A stretch of 64,000 nt of DNA from Octopus sinensis (GCF_006345805.1 NC_042999.1:57288001-57352000); one strand, 5' to 3'. Counted from the stretch's first letter, positions 1 to 13,832 are shown. Notes: generated from the letters alone by a model not told the origin. Program-made: numbers and translations.

Positions 1-479
1 ATGGATGCATTTTTACTTTTTACTTTTTATATGGAAAAACCTATATTGTATATTATACACGGGCAAATGCGTACAAATAAGCAAACGCAGATTTGAAACG
101 GTGACAGTACGAGAAATAAGAACCTTGTAGGGGATGCTGAGCGAAAGATTCTTATTTAGAAAATAATGGAAAATATCTTGCCATTCATTTATATTTTCTC
201 AGCTATTCTACAGACAAATTAAAGACTTTTACCTCAGCCATGATACAGTTCGTTTCACGACTACAAAGTTTCGGGTACGACCCCATGCAACTCACTGGAC
301 AAGCATCTGTAAAAATACCCTTGGGTTGACCGAAACTTTAGAAGTGAAATATAATTGATGGTATCCGTAAAAAAGAACCCCGTCAGAGGAACAGTTTTCG
401 TATTCCTAGACAGTAGACGTAAACGATCACTCGATTTAATACCAGCACCTGTAATTACCTATATGTTCTTACTGGGGTT

Positions 480-840
480 ATGCTATTGAAAGGGTTCAGG
501 CCAGGTTGCCAGCTTGAAGATAACTTCTCTCTTTACTCTCACTGTCTCAGAAGCCTTGAAAATGTCACGGCTGTAACCATTTTTTCTCTGACTGGACATT
601 ACCGTCTCGAGTCCAAGAACTCAGAGAGCCGCTTACTCTGTTTCCATGACATTAAATGACCGAGACCGTAACATTCTTAATAGGGCGCCAGTCTGTTGTA
701 GGGTCGCTCATTTACAACTGATTGAACTGGAGCAACGCGAAATGAAGCGTTTTGCGCAAAAAAAAAAAAAAAACACCGCACGGTTCGGGAATCGAATCAC
801 GATCTTGCGATTGTAACACTCTAATCACAAGGCAACAAGC
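480..840 (-). mobile_element. Degenerate SINE-like element with tRNA-like head near 780-840
   Basis: GAACTGGAGCAACGCGAAATGAAG resembles the SINE body at 17.5 kb; GGGAATCGAATCACGATC resembles a reverse B-box. Confidence 0.4.
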
Positions 841-1465
841 CCTCACCTTTGTTTAGTTAACTTATAAAAGATAAACAAATGTATCTTAGCAATGTTCTAA
901 TTATTTCTTGATTTCATTTGTGTAATTCTCTGTTGCTATCAGTACAAACAAATTCATAACAATTCCATAAGGGGACTAGTAGCAAAACAGGATATTTTTT
1001 TTTGTCTTACATTTTTAATGTGTTTATTTATTGCATAGATACACAAAAATATCAGTCTTTTTCGGAGAAATTTTATACTTCACTGGTTCGTCTTTATCGA
1101 CATTTAGAGGATGGAATTCAGGGTTTTCAGTGCAATATTTATTAGGTTTAGTAAATGTCTTGTGGTATTTAGTTCCCATTTCAAATACCACCTAGGCTGA
1201 CATTTCATTTTGCCTTTCTGAGGTTGATGAAATACCTGTCAAGTACTAGAGTCGATGTAATCGAAAATATAGCTCCCACAAAAATTTGCTGGCTTGTCTC
1301 TAAGATATCATTATTGGGGCAGTGGGTGGTAGAAATAGGAGAAAATCAAATAAAATACCTTATGGAACAATTATTGATTATATTCGTCTCCCACAAAGGA
1401 ATGGTATCTGCACTATAATAAAGAAGGCCGCTTATTAATTCATTATGAGTAGGAATAGTTTTAGT

Positions 1466-1758
1466 GGAGGCACATGGCCTAGTGGTTAGAGCAGCAGACT
1501 CGCGGTCGAGGGATCGTGGGTTCGAATCTCAGTACCAGGCGATGTGTGTGTTTATGAGCAAAACACCTAAGCTCCACGCGGCTCCGGCAGAAGGTAATGG
1601 CGAACTTCTGCTGACTCTTTCGCCACAACTTTCTCTCACTCTTGCATCTTGCAGCTCATCTGCGACGGACTGGCGTCCCTTCCAGCTGGGGAACCTATAT
1701 GCCAAGGAAACCGGGAAACCGGCCCTTATGAGCCAGGCATGGCTCGAGAAGGAACATA
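1466..1758 (+). mobile_element. tRNA-derived SINE (family B1)
   Basis: A-box TGGCCTAGTGG and B-box GGTTCGAATC; near-identical to 22592-22890. Confidence 0.85.
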
Positions 1759-2859
1759 CTTGAATAGTTTTGCTAAAGCAATTTTGAAATCTACACTGTC
1801 TAGCAAATTCTTATAAATTCCAATCTTAAATTTTTTTATTGTAATTTTTTTTTATTATTTAATGTAAAATGTTTTATTTAATGTAAAAAAATTACATTAT
1901 GTAATTTAATGTAAAATTTAATGTTAAAATTTGTATTATTGAAATTTAACTACACGAATCATCCAGAAAACTGATTTCTATTCATCGGGACATAGTATTT
2001 TTAACGTCTTACATTTGTATCCCTTTTCTTCTACTGTTTCCTTGCAACAGTATTCTCCCTCTTTTTTCCTTCCAGTCCACCTCTTCTTTGTTTATCACCT
2101 CTATTCCTATTAGTCTTTCTTCTTCTCTATCCTTATAACTTTTATCTTTCTCACTCTTACCCTTATCGTTTTTTGTTTGTTTGCTTTTTTCAACGACTTT
2201 TTCCTTTCGGACTTTGTTTCTTCTCTTTCGCACAAACTTTGTTTATAACCCTTCCCTCGTTATATCATCGTACTTATCGTTTTCCCTTCCATACCCCATT
2301 GTATTTACTTTCTTTCTTTGCAATGCTCTCTCGTTCTCTCTCTCTCTCTCCCTCTCTCTTTCTCTCTATCTCGCTCGCTCTTTACTGACTTTCTTCAATT
2401 GTTTTCATTAAGAATAAGTAATTATAATGTTTTCCTTTGAGACACTCTTTCTTTGAGAATATGTTTTTCTTCGAGGATATTTCTGGAAATTTTTACACGA
2501 TGTCTATTTATATCAACATTATTTAGGAATTTTACATTTATTAGCAGATATGCTAATATATGCTAAATTTTTCATGTATTAGCAAATACGCACATCACAG
2601 CAGCTTCGTACAAGTAAACCTGACAGACACCTGCAAAAAACTGCATTAAGGGCAGTGTTCCTCTTAGTGGAAGTGATGTAAGAAATCTATCGTAATACTT
2701 TCCATAACAATTTACGTCCTCCATGTCAAAGTGACATCACTGTACTCTGACTCTATAAACTACAACTTAGTGACTTAGTTCTACATTAATGCTGTAATAG
2801 GTCATCAAACGAACTATTCAATTTTTAAAAAAAACGGAAAAAAATTGGCACTCAACCGG

Positions 2860-3095
2860 TTACAACAAGTTGGGTTCCAATTGAATTGATCAACGGAATA
2901 GCTTGCTCGTGAAATTAATAAGTAAGTGGCTGAGCACTCTACAGACACGCCTATCCTCTATGTAGTTCTCAGGGAGATCCACCGTGACACAGAATATGAC
3001 AAGGCTGGTCCTTTGAATTACATGTACGACTCATTTTTGCCAGCTGAGTGGACTGGAGCAGTGTGAAATAAAGTGCCTTGCTCAAGATCACAACG
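2860..3095 (-). mobile_element. SINE body fragment (family D)
   Basis: Shares GCTTGCTCGTGAAATTAA...GCCAGCTGAGTGGACTGGAGCA with 17318-17610. Confidence 0.7.
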
Positions 3096-3719
3096 ACTTA
3101 GTGCGACAACTGCTACACATTCTCTGCAAATCACCAGCTTATAACTTTTTAACACAGTTTCTACACTAACGCTATACTAATACTACAAACGCTACGCATT
3201 CTAGGACAACTGCCACCGCCCATCCCAGCGCCCTTGATTCTAGATAAGTGACTACTAACAATTGCCTTCTGAACAATTACTCCCCTGGGACAACTGCCTC
3301 CGTATAATTACCACCTGGACTATTCCCCGCAATTAAGTGAAAATTAAGAAAAAGCACAATTATTGCGATGCAAATAATTACTTATGAAGCACAATTTTTA
3401 TTTTCATGATTTATCTGTTATCCAATTATAAACAGTAATTATCTATACAGCTGACATGAACTAATAGATCAGAAGACCTAACTGAAACAACTGCTAGTGT
3501 ACATAACTCATTTTACCTCTTCCCAGTAGAGTATTGCTTTCTGTTTAGAAAGTAAGCATTCAAGATTTTTCCTATCGTTTGCTTATGGGCATCATATAAC
3601 CTGCTCATACTAATACTTAGCAGTAACACGGAAGATTTCAACTCACACCACTTGGTATTTGCTAATATAAGGACTGAACATCTATATTTTATTGTGTGTG
3701 TGTGTGTGTGTGTGTGTGT

Positions 3720-4080
3720 AGTGGCTGTGTAGTAAGTAGCTTGCTTACCAACCACATGGTTCCGGGTTCAGTCCCACTGCGGGCTACCTTGGGCAAATGT
3801 CTTGTATGACTTATGTGCAGCCCTTTATGCGAACTCTCGACCTACTAGAAATAGCATCTAAATTTCCCATAATCTTTTATCTTGTTTTACTTTTTACTTG
3901 TTTCGGTCATTGAATTGTGGCCATACTGGTGCACCCACCTTGAACAGCTGAGTCGAACAAATCGATCCCAGGACTATTTTCTTTTAAGACTGATACTTAT
4001 TGTATAGATCTTGTTTCTCGAATCCTTAAGTTACAAACCAATACGGGCTGTCCTGGGGTAACGGGGTACAAACACAACAA
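3720..4080. mobile_element. Fragments of SINE family C (head on +, 3' body on -)
   Basis: GTGGCTGTGTAGTAAGTAGCTTGC head and TTTCGGTCATTGAATTGTGGCCATACTGG tail match other family C copies. Confidence 0.6.
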
Positions 4081-4273
4081 CACATTTGGGATGCTAGATT
4101 GTAAAATTTCTTATATCTTAGTTTCCTTATTCTTTGTTGTCTTTCATTCTCGTTAAATGGAAAGTGTTTGAGAATTGAGCATTTACCCTCGTGAGACAGA
4201 AAAAAATGAAAAAGAAGTTGCCAGAAGACGGTTATGGAAATTGAACTCTGTACCCCTAGAAATACCGGTTAAG

Positions 4274-4503
4274 GCGGTGAGCTGGCAGAAACGTTAGCAC
4301 GCCGGGCGAAATGCGTAGCCGTATTTCGTCTGCCGTTACGTTCTAAGTTCAAATTCCGCCGAGGTCGACTTTGTCTTTCATCCTTTCGGGGTCGATAAAT
4401 TAAGTACCAGTTACGCACTGGGTTCGATATAATCGACTTAATCCCTTTGTCTGTCCTTGTTTGTCCCCTCTGTGTTTAGCCCCTTGTGGGCAATAAAGAA
4501 ATA
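4274..4503 (+). mobile_element. tRNA-derived SINE (family A) with 16-bp target-site duplication
   Basis: GAGCTGGCAGAAACGTTAGCACGCCGGGCG head; AGAAATACCGGTTAAG at 4258-4273 and 4504-4519. Confidence 0.9.
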
Positions 4504-4772
4504 AGAAATACCGGTTAAGTGCGCTACCATTAGGCTAAACGACCTCTGAGAACAGCCACCGCTAATTTTAAAGTTATTATTTAGCATTAAAATTATGGTA
4601 AATGTTGTCGGGACCTTTTACCTTAAAATACAAGGTTCGATTTCCGTAGCCGCCTACTGGCAACTTTTTTCTCGTCTTACAAGAGTAAATATTCAATTTG
4701 TCTCTGCTCTTCTCACAGCTATACTGCATTTGAAATTTAATTCCTTATCTGTAAAAAACGCTTACACACACA

Positions 4773-4829
<57 letters not shown>

Positions 4830-5617
4830 CACGCTCAAATACACACACACATATGCACATACTCAAATATAGACGGACTTTTTTCAGCGACAAAATCCAT
4901 TCACAAGGTTGGTCCTAAATAGATTATGTTGAAATAAAGATTGACGGATAACGGATCTGAACGTCTTTTATCTTACGCCTTTCCAATCAGGGGTTAAAAA
5001 AACCCAGCTACAACATCAACAATACAGCGGAAATCCATCCTTGCGTTGCGGTTATGATTTCTCTTTTACACTTTTCTCCGAATAAGACAAGACAATGAAT
5101 AACTTCCACTCGCAATGTCGCCTTTACGCTCGTTTGTTAGATTACTGACTGAAAATATATCCTTGAGAATAGAACGAACATTACCTCTTTTTCTTAAAAC
5201 TCTTCAGACTTTACGACTACGCAATAAAACCAATAGTTATTCTCTATAACTTGCTTTAGTATTCTGCTGGTGTTTTTTCTCATCAATTAAAACGTTTAAC
5301 GGTCTGCACCATTATACAATAGCGCTATTTAACCATGCTGACATGTGAGTGGAGAGATATTTAGATTTAGCTAAAGTTCGTTATCTTTCCAGATTTGTAT
5401 GTAATCAATAGTCTCTTCAAATTAGCCACTCAGGATATCTATTGTTTTGATATTGTATAAATAATGAAGGATCTTCATTTTAAATTCTGAGATGTTCTGA
5501 TTTTTTAGTCGTTGATAGCTTTGCTCCTAATCTCTTAGGATTTGTTTAATCTGTGAGCGAATTAGCAAGACAAGCGTTTCTTTCTTAGTAGCAGTTCTCT
5601 AAGAATTGTAATCTTTT

Positions 5618-5632
5618 ACTAAATTATTATTA

Positions 5633-5668
<36 letters not shown>

Positions 5669-5691
5669 TATTATTATTATTATTATTATTG

Positions 5692-5741
<50 letters not shown>

Positions 5742-5750
5742 AATTATCAT
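5618..5750. repeat. (TTA)n microsatellite
   Basis: Direct reading. Confidence 0.95.
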
Positions 5751-5754
5751 TATT

Positions 5755-6190
5755 GGCAGAATCGTAAACACGCCGGACGAAATACTTAGCGGTATTTCGC
5801 CCATCGTTACGTTCTGAGTTCAAATTCCGCTGAGGTCGACTTTGCCTTTCATCCTTTCGGAGTTGATAAATTAAGTACCTGTGCAACATTGGGGTCGATG
5901 TAATCGATTCATCCCTTCCCCCAAAATGGCTACCCTTGTGGCAAATTTGAAACCATTATTCTTATTATTATCATAATTATTATTATCATTATTAGCAGAA
6001 TCGTTAGCACGCCGGGCAAAATGCTTAGGGTATTTCGTCACTTTCTGAGTTCAAATTCCCCAGAGGTCGACTTTGACTTTCATTATTTCGGGGTCGATGA
6101 AATAAGTACCAGTTACGCACTGGGGTCGATGAAATTGACTGGCCTCCTCGCCCCAAAATTTCGGGCCTTGTGCCTATAGTAGAAAGGATT
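5755..6190 (+). mobile_element. Two adjacent family A SINE copies separated by TTA-rich spacer
   Basis: TTCTGAGTTCAAATTCC...GAGGTCGACTTTG motif twice. Confidence 0.85.
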
Positions 6191-6209
6191 ATCATCATCA
6201 TCATCATTA

Positions 6210-6626
6210 TTCACATATACTCAACAGATTAGTCTGTTGGAAAAGAAAAGAAAAGAATCCTAACATTGGGCTACAACAAGTAGCTTTAGATGCCAAGAAT
6301 CCACCTATTGGGTTACAGCAAGTAACCTTAGATGACAAGAACCCTCCTAAGTATCCTAGCTGTCCCTAGTAACACTGTTTTCTGTAGCTGTACTAAACTG
6401 GGTTTTATGCCTATTTCCTCCATCCATTAGTTTAGATATTTAGGGATAGTTCACAATGCACCTATAACTATTGGGATATATTTTATCCGCGCTTTCCATA
6501 GTCTCAATAATTCAATAGTTGGGTCCTGGCACAGGACCTAGCTATATTATATTATTATTCTCATATTAACTTTTTCATCATTTGGGACTGTCAAGTCAAT
6601 TATCTGGCACTTTCTATTCTCTTTAT

Positions 6627-6663
<37 letters not shown>

Positions 6664-8950
6664 CAAATCAGGCCTTCTAGCTTCTATTACTCTGTCAGTC
6701 TGAATGTTAAAGTCCCACAACATCTTGTATTTCTTACTTTCTAATACTTTACTAAGTTCATGTTCATACCGTTTACCAGTATGTTCAAATCCTAACTTTC
6801 TAAATAGCTCTCGGTAAATTACCCTCCCTAGATTGTCATGTTTTTTCTTGTATTCTTTCTGTACCAGTATGCTACATTCACTTACAATATGATAATTCTT
6901 TTCTTTTTTGATTTGCATAATCTACATAGGGAATCTACTTGGTTTTTGTCTATCTTGGCTTTTATACAATTAGTCTTTAATGCTTGATCTCGTGCCGATA
7001 CTAACAAACTGTCTGTCTTCCTCTTCTTTGGGAATCTACCATGCAACGCCTTCACCTGCCAGTCAGATAATTTCTGTTCTTTTTTCTGGTTTTTAATTTC
7101 GTCTGGTGTTTTGGTTTCCCTATGTCTTGCTGTGACTCTAGCAGCTTTTAATAAATTTTCTTCTCTATTACCTACATAAGAGTCTATGTCTACTCTAGCT
7201 AACTCCACGCAGTCTTCTACTGATATTAACCCTCTTCCACTTCTTTTCCTTCATATTGAATTCCTTCCTATTTCATCTGTCTAGCCTTGCTAATTCAGTT
7301 TTCGTTCAATCTACAATAGCTGCCGAATATCTACGTAATGATACTGCCCAAATATTTACAGCCTTTACTAAATTCGGACTATTTAGCTTTGTCTTCACTA
7401 GCTTCCTCACCCTTCTGATGTACTCCTTTTCAATATTCGTTTTCATTTCTGTAGTTTGTGCTCTATCAGATTCTAATACTCCTAGATACTTATAACTCTC
7501 TCCTCCTTTCAATGATTTTATCTATGCCAAATTCCATGCCTATATCTTTGCTGAAGAGTCTTACAATTTGTATTAAGGAATCTATCTTATTTTCATTCTT
7601 ACTAAAAAGCTTCAGATCATCCATCTAAAGCAAATGATTAATTTTTCCATTAATATCTCTGAACTGATACTCTGCCTCTGCCTTCCTTAATACTAAACTG
7701 AGGGGTATCAAACATAAGACAAATATTAAAGGGGACAACGCGCCCATTGGAAAATTCCTCTGTTGATATTAACTTCCCTAAGAGTGTGTCACCTGTATAG
7801 AGATTCACTTTCCATTTCCTCATGCTAAAGTTAATTAATTCTCTTATGTTGTCTCCTATTCTGAAAATACTGAAACATTCACTTACCTATGAGAGTGGGA
7901 TATTGTCATAGGCTTTCTTATAATCTATCCATGCTATTGTTAGATTTTTCTTTCTAGCTTTTACTTCATTTAGACCTGTTTTGTCTATATAAATAGATCA
8001 TGCGTTCCTCTAGCCTTCTTCCTGCAACCTTTCTCTTCTTCTGGCTGTCAAGGTTCTCGTAAATACTTTCTGAAAGTATTCCTGTTAACAGCTTCCACAC
8101 TAATAGTAAGCAAGTGTATTACCCTTGCTCTTATTGTTCATAATCACTGTTGTCCACCCTTAGTGATCGAATCTGGAATTATTCCTCCATTAAGGCAATC
8201 CTGAAGTTGTTCCCTCAGCCTCCCATGTAAACTACTGAATTTCTTTAGCCATTACCGTTGAACTAAATCTGGTCCTGGGCCCTTCAAACTCGGCATTTTT
8301 TCTAACACTTTACTCATTAACACACTAGTTAATCTTAGATCTGGCTGCTTCTCACTCACTACTTCTTCCCTCACTTCCTTAACTATACTGCATTTCCATT
8401 ATGATTGACTGGTTTATCCCAAATATAATTCCAGAACTTTCTAACTTCCTCTGTATTAAGTTTCTTATCTTCAGTACTTCGTTCTCCACAATTTTTTTGG
8501 TAATAAAATCTCCACTGGTCTGTCTCAAATAATCTATTCTGCTGATACTGATCTATTTTTCTGATATCTATAGAGCTTGCCTGCTACTACTATGATACGT
8601 TGTTTCAACTTTTCTATTATTGTCTCAAATCCTTTCTCTTTGACTAAGTATCTTTCCTCGAGCAAGATTTGCATTTTGTGTTTTCTAACTTGTTTGTTTC
8701 CCAGGCTTCTATTCTACTCAAATCTTGTCTTAAAGTCTTCTCTTTATTTTATAGTCTCCTTTTCCACTTTTACTCTTTTTGAATCTTTCCCTGTGAGATA
8801 TCTAATCTTCTGGTGACTACTATCTCTCTTGTATTGATCAATAAGTTAGTGTCTTCTATATTTTTAGTATCTATCCTGCTGATAACAAAATCTACTTTCC
8901 TAGTCATTTCTTGTAGCTTCCTTCTGTTGGTGCCTTTTAATACACCAATG
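6210..8950 (-). mobile_element. R4/Dong-like non-LTR retrotransposon (RT plus restriction-like endonuclease), decayed
   Basis: AWIDYKKAYD; INHLL*MDDLKLF; YKYLGVLE; ARDQALKTN..CRLC; HIVSEC..HD; LWDFNIQTDRVIEARRPD; LQKTVLLGTARILRRVL* (stop 6328-6330); TGA/TAA-type tail near 6190-6210. Confidence 0.85.
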
Positions 8951-10654
8951 ATGGTCAGAAAAATAAAAGTGCTTCATTATCCTGAGCACCAGCAGGGTAC
9001 TGCACTAAAGAGCAAAGATATCTCTTTCTTCAGCACATAGCTAGTCACAGGTCCCAACCAACACTTCCAAACTAGAATGTGAATAGAAGGAATGCAACTT
9101 TTGGAAATATGGAAACCAAAAGGGAGATGAGAAAGACGTGGTTCGAAAGGGGGATGACGAGGCCTAAAGACTGAAAGATCGAGGACCCCACCGCCACGTC
9201 CCCACAGAAAGATTATTGCCCGATCACATATCTTCGACTTCGCAGTTGTCCACGAGGACAATGTGAAGTTGGTAGACCAGGAACAAGAACAAAAAAGCTG
9301 GAAATTACGGTGCTGGTAACGGATAAACCGAAAGATTTCCTCCTTGCATTCCAGAAAGATAAACAGCTGATGAAGACAATAGCAACAATCAATCAACGAA
9401 TAAGACAATTCTTACGAGAAGAACTGGAGGAGTTCGTTGTTGAGTCAAAGTACCGACATTTTAGTAATCCCAAAGAATTACCAAGCTCCAAGTGAATACA
9501 CTTATATTGTCTTCTCATTGACTGTTTCAGAAGAAGGATTAAAGATTAGATGTTTAAATAATCGTAGCACTTGATTTCAGTATGATAGCTATAACATCAC
9601 TCGATTTAGATGTAGTAGCTGTCAGCAAAAAAGAAAAAAAAAAAGATTTCCAACACGTAGTCATTCGCACTTCTCCAGATCAACTACATAGCGTTCGCCG
9701 TTTTCGAATAACCCGGGTCGCGTGGAGTGGTGAGTTGTTTAGGGAAGAAGTTTGCTTCGAGTTTAAGAACAATCTTTCGATGCTCGGACTGCAAGTCGAT
9801 GGTCCTAGATGTGAATAATAGGCAAGATGATACAGCAGAACTGGTGGCCTTCATTGATCCAATACGGGAAAGACTGCCAGATTTCCTCAGACACATCGAG
9901 ACCTTTCTGTGTATGCCATACTCATTAGCATATATTGGCGCCTGAAATGGTATTTTAAATGTAGGTTGGGATCAGGTAGGGATGTGTACTAGCTTTTAGA
10001 AGAATGCGTAGGCATTTGCAATTACAGAAAAGTTATCGAACTGGGTTACCTAGATACGTTTATGAGCGTGTCGTTTGGACAGTAATTAAAAAGGGTATTT
10101 GTTTAGACAGCTGATATTGTTGTCAAAATTTTCGGATGGTTGAACCACAAAACGCAAGTCATTTCAGATAGGAATTTTTTTATAGGTTGCCGGCTGCAAG
10201 CTGCTCAAAGAGCGGAAAGCCTCCAAGGATCGAATCACTGAGCTAGTTAAGCAGAAATATATAGGGGAATTATGAAAATCAAATAATAAGTGGAACAGCT
10301 GAAAGATAATTTGCTAGGATTTTATTACAGCTTGCCAAACTAATTTGTTTCACTTTTGGCAGATAACTCTTACAACTGACTTCGAATTGAAATAATTCGC
10401 ATTCATTTTAGAGGGTCATGAGAACCATCTGAGAAAGAATGCGAGCAAGGTGACTTAATAGACAAGTTACTGAACGCAGAATTAAAAATTTTAGAGTGGA
10501 CTATCGCACAGAAGTTTCTATCGCAAAGAAGTTGCCGGGAATAATGTCACCAGAAGTGAGTTTGTACGGAGGTTGGTTGAAAAGTCCATACAGGGGCCAA
10601 ATAGGTTTAAGACTAATGATCACAGTTCTTTTCCTTCATTGATTTACTTTTAAT

Positions 10655-12122
10655 AAAACTATAAAATTATTCTACTTTTTACAGTTTACGTAGAATTTTT
10701 TTCTCTTTCGAATAATACAGGCGTTATATACCTTTCTACAATTTGAATAGTTTTAATGCACATTTAATTCAAATGATTGAAAATTGTCGGCAAAATAATT
10801 TTAAGACTGTACCAACATTATTTTGTTTAAATTGAAAATTTACGTCACAAATGATCAACGAACAAAAATGTATTATTAGTATCTAGTTCCATAGCCATTA
10901 TTTTCAATTACGGCCTTACAACAGCGTGATATGGAGTTCGACAAATGAGCACAAAAACCACTTGGAATGTTCTGCCATATTTCTTCAATAAAATTATATA
11001 ATTGGGACAATTATATATAACATGAACTCTTTTAGGAACATAATTCCATAAATTTTCTATCAGATTCAAATCCGGGCTCCGTGGAGGCAACTCAATAACC
11101 ACCATATTATTGCGCTCAAAATATTGCAAAACTTTCCTAGCCTTATGAACGGAGCAATTGTCCAGCTGAAAAATAGATCCCGGTGGCATCTGATTATTTA
11201 AATATCGCAGCACATTTTCATTTACTAATTGCAGGTAGCCTACACTCCTCAATATGTCATCAACCTTAACAATTGGACCAACACCTAAACTGCTGAACGC
11301 AGCCCACACCATTACTCCACCCCGCCCACCTCCCGCTTGCGTCGTTTTCTTCGCACATTTAGGATGGAATTCTTCATTTGGATGGCGTCTAACGTAAGTC
11401 TTTCCGTCTGATCCAAAGATGAAGCAGGATTCGTCGCTCCAAAGAACTTTTGACCGGTCTTCGGCCGTCCATTCAATATGGCTTTTAGCAAACTTGATCT
11501 GCTTCCTCCAGTTCTTCTCAGAAATTATCGTCTTCTTTCGAGCGATCCGGCCGAACAGTCTAAATTCTTTTAGGTGGTTTCTGAAAGTTTGTGGTGTAAA
11601 GTTGATGTCCGTTCCATCAGAGAATTGCTTGCAAATGTCTACTGCTGTTAGCATTCGGTTACCTTCAGAGAGCCTATGAATTCGCTGATTCATCTGTATT
11701 GTTTTTTTTTTCTCGGAGCGCCCGTTCTTTGCCGATCTTTGTATTGGCCAGTGGCTTGGTAAAGCTTCCATGCTTGAACACAAGCCGTTTTGCTGCATCC
11801 TAATTGCTTGCTAATATTCATGAATGACATATTTTACTGATGAAGCAACATGATCTTTGATCTAGTAACTGGGCTGATACTACGACCCGATTATTAAACA
11901 AAACAGTGCAGTACAACCAGCCATATGACCACCCATTTGGTTTATTAATTTGCATAATGCTGGTACGGTCTTAAACTTATTTTGCCGACAATTTCTAATC
12001 ATTTGAATTAGTTGCACATTAAAATTATTTAAATTGTAGAAAGATATATAACGCTTATATCATTCGAAAGAGAAACAAATTCTACATAAACTGTAAAAAG
12101 TAAAATAATTTTATACAGTTTT
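10655..12122 (-). mobile_element. Tc1-family DNA transposon with about 170-bp inverted repeats
   Basis: 10655-10821 is an inverted copy of 11954-12122, flanking a transposase; exact outer ends uncertain. Confidence 0.85.
10876..11798 (-). pseudogene. Tc1 DD34E transposase, frameshifted near both ends
   Basis: WSDESCF; VMVWAAFS; FQLDN-(34 aa)-E in SPDLNLIENLW; C-terminus NNGYGTRY* lies in another frame. Confidence 0.9.
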
Positions 12123-12259
12123 GAGGCGGTGCTCCAGCATGGCCACAGTCAAAATGGCTGAAACAAATATAAGAAAAGAGAGAAAAAGAGAAGGAATAGA
12201 ACTCTTGTCATCGAACTTATACTTATTTTGGCCAGTATAGGTTAACCAAGAAGCTCTCG

Positions 12260-12570
12260 TGATATGTGACCAAGTGAGATTTATGTTTCAACATAGTTCC
12301 CCTGCGGTTCACCCACTTCTTCCATCGGTGTTGCAGTGCTTGGATATCATTGATAAAGACGCTTTCATCCTGTTGGTCGAAAAAGTTATCAACAGCAAAT
12401 ATGTCACGATCATCACTGCGATACTAGTTCCCAGCCAAGTGTTTTTACATGTTGGGGAACAGATGATAGTTAGATGGGGGCCAAATCAGGGAAACAGAGA
12501 GGATGGTTAACCAGTTCAAAGCCACAGTCATGCACAACAGCCATTGAAACCAAACTGGAGCACACCCTCA
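12260..12570 (-). pseudogene. mariner transposase C-terminal fragment
   Basis: Minus-strand reading resembles HDCGFELVNHP...LFPNMKKHLAG...FFDQQDES...ALQHRWKK. Confidence 0.7.
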
Positions 12571-12954
12571 TAGCTGTAGTGCTAGACTATATGTAACTGA
12601 GTTGGTGTAGCAGCAATTATTAATTGTAGGATGAATGTTTTGTTGTTGTATGTGGGTGGATGTTAGTGAGCGTGTTGATGAGTATTGGTGATAATTTAAT
12701 TGTAGTGTGTTTTAGTGTGTTGGTGAGAGTTAGTGAATGTGATTGTAGTGTACAAATAAGTGTTTGGTTTCAGTTTTGGTCAATGTGAAATTGTAGAGTG
12801 CTGCCGTGCGCGCAGCTTTAGTTTGTTGGGGATTGGTGAATATTGGACTACAGTGTGTGAGGAATTTGTGTGTATTTGCATTTGTATGTGTACGTGTGTA
12901 TGTATTTTACTTTATTGAATATGTAACTGTGAATTAATGTGTAATTGTTATAAA

Positions 12955-13085
12955 ATTCTGCCGAGGTCGACTTTGCCTTTCATCCTTTCGGGGTCGATGA
13001 AATAAGTACCGGTTGAGTACTGGGGTCAATGTAATCGACTTATCTCTTGCACTAGAATTTCTGGCCTTGTGCTAAAATTTGAAAT
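12955..13085 (+). mobile_element. Family A SINE, 3' part
   Basis: GCCGAGGTCGACTTTGCCTTTCATCCTTTCGGGGTCGAT. Confidence 0.8.
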
Positions 13086-13439
13086 CAACGTATAATTGTT
13101 ATGACTAGGTAAAGGTGTTGCCATAGCATGTATTTGTCATCTGATGGTAAATATGTTGGTGATTGTGTAAAACTAACATTCTAGTGAGTGTGCAGTATAC
13201 TGTCTGACTGTATATCCATTGATAAGAAGGCCTTCATACCTCTTTAAGTGAATTTTGACAAATTTAATAGCTGTTTGAATACATGGTCTCTTTTACAACA
13301 TTAACTTCGCAAGGGTATGCCGGTTACCACCCATATCAATTTCAAAGTAGAGAGGCAGACAACGAAACCAGATTCTTACTGTTAGTTCCATCAACCGAAT
13401 TGAGGCACAGAGTGAAATTACAAATAATCAATAGACTGC

Positions 13440-13832
<393 letters not shown>

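Noticed and set aside
1466-1540. tRNA genes at SINE heads
   Set aside because: Each continues into a repeated SINE body and lacks a complete acceptor stem
9149-9190. GGGG-ATGACGA-GGCC-taaa-GACT-GAAA-...-CCCC hammerhead-like string
   Set aside because: Position 3 is A, stem II is mismatched, and there is no stem III or U16.1
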